This document shows positions 62,077 to 64,000 of a DNA stretch of 64,000 bases, in pieces. Source of the DNA: a virus; IMG/VR virus record IMGVR_UViG_3300031251_000970, positions 1-64,000 of that record; one strand, written 5' to 3'. How positions within the stretch are numbered: position 1 is the first letter of the stretch; each line of letters starts with the position of its first letter. The position numbers and the translations under genes were made by a program. The notes under the pieces were generated by a model, which saw only the letters and a list, made by a program, of their open reading frames with translations, had not been told where the DNA came from and ran no database searches.

Positions 62077-63425
62077 ACGTATTCTTCTGGAATTTTCTCG
62101 AATAGTGAGCAGAATTCCAAATGATCATCGACGCTTGTTCCGGTTTCGATGCAATAGGCTCGCCATTCTGCGGCCTCGGGAACTGTGCGATACCATGCTT
62201 TGAGGTCGAATGATTTAATCGATTTCTTCTCGGGATCGCGGATAATCGACTCGCTGACAGACAAATCTGCCGATCTTCCCTTATTTTCTCGAAATCCGAA
62301 TTGCTTATAGAACTCAATAAGTCGTTTTCGGCTCGACGCCCCGAAATCCGTACTCGGCGACAATGCGATTCTCTGCCCTGTATGATCAGCGTATTCGATA
62401 ATCTCTCGCATCGCCGTACTTCCAATTCCTGTCCCTCGATTTTCCTTCGGAACGACGATCTTATCCAACTTGATCAGGCCATTCTTCTCGTGAATCCAAT
62501 GACTCACTCCCATGCCCGTCAGTCGTTTTTCTAGATCATCGATCGTTGTCGCCGGATGCGTTCCGCTTCCGCTGCTTGTCCATTTTCCATCCTCCGTTCG
62601 AGGTTCGGATACATTGAACGCCTTCAGGCTTTTCGAATCCGAATCGATGATTCGGCCGATCGCTTCGAAGACGGGGACCAGGGCGTAGTCAACCCAACAG
62701 CGGTCATGCGGGTGGCAAGGCGGTCCCTCACTTAGTCTCCAAGGCCAATCTTTCCGCTTCACTCGATTGACGGATCGGCACAGCGGACAGACTTTTCCGT
62801 CCGGAACGCCTGGCGAAATCTCAGTAACCCGCCATAAATCATCCTCGCTGATTCCAACTGTTTCTTCGACAGCCGATTCACCTCCGGCGTGCCTCGCCCG
62901 CGTCGTCTCATCCACCGCATTGACCTCAATTCGCTTCGGACCGAACGCATCGAAAAGGATGTCTTTCAATTCCTCTTTCGTCGGTTCGTAGTATCGATCG
63001 ATCGTTCGATTTGCGGGAATCATCCGATTCGATTCGCGAGCCGCCTCGATCGTTTCTTCCTCCGCATCGCGTTTTTCCTGATCCAACTTAGCGAATGCTT
63101 TTTCCAGTCGCTCTTTTGTCGACGTCGCCCAATACTTCGAGAACTCTGCCGATCGCTTGTGTGCCCAGCCAAAAGCCGCGAGGTTCGCTTGTGGACCGCT
63201 CCAGCCATGATACTCGGCAGAATCATCGAAGATCAGCAGCAAGAGGACATACATCGTCGAATCGACTTCCCGCTGAACTTTGTCCCAAAATGACTGCGGG
63301 ACATTGTCCATGTCGGGAGGATCGCCAAGCAGTTCCTCGAACTCTCGCATGTGCCGGCGAGCGACTGCCCCGAACTTTCGGGCAAATCTTGCTTCCAGGT
63401 CATCGCGATTCGGTAACTCTGCCAT
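62073..63425 (-). CDS. MuF-like minor head protein with C-terminal GNAT-like domain
   Basis: ETTRA...VCPLC...PPCHPHDRC MuF motifs; IVVPKENRGTGIGS...L.EFYKQFGF GNAT motifs; start moved to 63425. Confidence 0.8.
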   Translation of the reverse strand: MAELPNRDDLEARFARKFGAVARRHMREFEELLGDPPDMDNVPQSFWDKVQREVDSTMYVLLLLIFDDSAEYHGWSGPQANLAAFGWAHKRSAEFSKYWATSTKERLEKAFAKLDQEKRDAEEETIEAARESNRMIPANRTIDRYYEPTKEELKDILFDAFGPKRIEVNAVDETTRARHAGGESAVEETVGISEDDLWRVTEISPGVPDGKVCPLCRSVNRVKRKDWPWRLSEGPPCHPHDRCWVDYALVPVFEAIGRIIDSDSKSLKAFNVSEPRTEDGKWTSSGSGTHPATTIDDLEKRLTGMGVSHWIHEKNGLIKLDKIVVPKENRGTGIGSTAMREIIEYADHTGQRIALSPSTDFGASSRKRLIEFYKQFGFRENKGRSADLSVSESIIRDPEKKSIKSFDLKAWYRTVPEAAEWRAYCIETGTSVDDHLEFCSLFEKIPEEYV

Positions 63426-63427
63426 TT

Positions 63428-63703
63428 TCAATCCCTTGAGCATTTGCAGAGAGCGATCACAAGATAACCCTCGCTGGATTCCATCATCGCCGCGAATGTC
63501 ACTCCGTCTGGAGTTTCGCAAACCTTCAATGGAATTCCATCGAATTGCGTCTCATCATCAGCGAGTTCGAGTTGATTGAAAATCGATCTTACCGCAAAAA
63601 TTCTATCCGGCCGCTTATGATGTCGCTTCTCGACTTCGGCAATGGAGGCCAAAACCGCATCTCGCACGGAACCAGACTCCAATACAAATCGGCCTGTTTC
63701 CAT
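63428..63703 (-). CDS. Hypothetical protein
   Basis: GGAGAG RBS; TAATG-coupled. Confidence 0.6.
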   Translation of the reverse strand: METGRFVLESGSVRDAVLASIAEVEKRHHKRPDRIFAVRSIFNQLELADDETQFDGIPLKVCETPDGVTFAAMMESSEGYLVIALCKCSRD

Positions 63704-63999
63704 TATTGCTCTCCGATCGCACGTTCTACAAGATAATCGCCGAGCGTAATTTTGCGTTTTAGTTGAGGGATTACGGAACCGGTCGGAACAATTGCAAATG
63801 ATTCATGTTCCACTCGCAAATACAGTTCATCTTTCAGGGCATTCTGATAAAAACTGATTGCGTCAATTACCGTTCCCGCCGGAAGCTCTGCCGTGATTGG
63901 TAATTTCACTTTGCACGAATCCCTATTCTCTAACAAATCGACGATCAGCCCGCTCAACTCCTCATCGCAGATCGCAATTTTCAGCCGTCGTGATTTCAT
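63703..63999 (-). CDS. Hypothetical protein
   Basis: 98 aa; LPAGT...VEHESF..VP.G..IP. Confidence 0.6.
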   Translation of the reverse strand: MKSRRLKIAICDEELSGLIVDLLENRDSCKVKLPITAELPAGTVIDAISFYQNALKDELYLRVEHESFAIVPTGSVIPQLKRKITLGDYLVERAIGEQ

Positions 64000-64000
64000 T

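Noticed and set aside
1-64000. Stop-codon reassignment
   Set aside because: Conserved genes are full length in code 11 and end with TAA, TGA and TAG.

Overview
This 64 kb window is part of a tailed dsDNA phage or prophage genome, with almost all genes on the minus strand. Its protein styles weakly suggest a Planctomycetota-like host. Read in transcription order (right to left), it starts with a MuF-like head protein fused to a GNAT domain, followed by an accessory island that has its own sigma70 promoters and terminator. Next come the HK97-type protease and major capsid, head-tail and siphovirus-type tail genes (with a -1 chaperone frameshift), two HNH insertions, Cys/Ser-rich distal tail genes and a glycosyltransferase/methyltransferase cluster. 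The left half holds many small genes, replication and recombination genes (initiator, DnaB, ERF, YqaJ, RuvC-like, DnaN, SNF2-like helicase), three DNA methyltransferase-like genes, csrA and an atypical tRNA. No terminase, portal, integrase, reverse transcriptase or CRISPR array is visible. The most notable observations are: (1) a CAGTAAC-loop hairpin with variable stems just downstream of five predicted promoters, plus a structured RNA at 7.7 kb that displays the complementary loop, a candidate RNA-based regulatory circuit; (2) a coupled gene pair encoding a protein ending in Gly-Gly and a Cys/His partner, a candidate ubiquitin-like module; (3) a tRNA-like gene with a 24-nt anticodon loop; (4) a possible virion glycosylation locus with a G9 tract; (5) an out-of-frame nested methyltransferase subunit. 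All family assignments were made by eye from motifs; no database searches were run.
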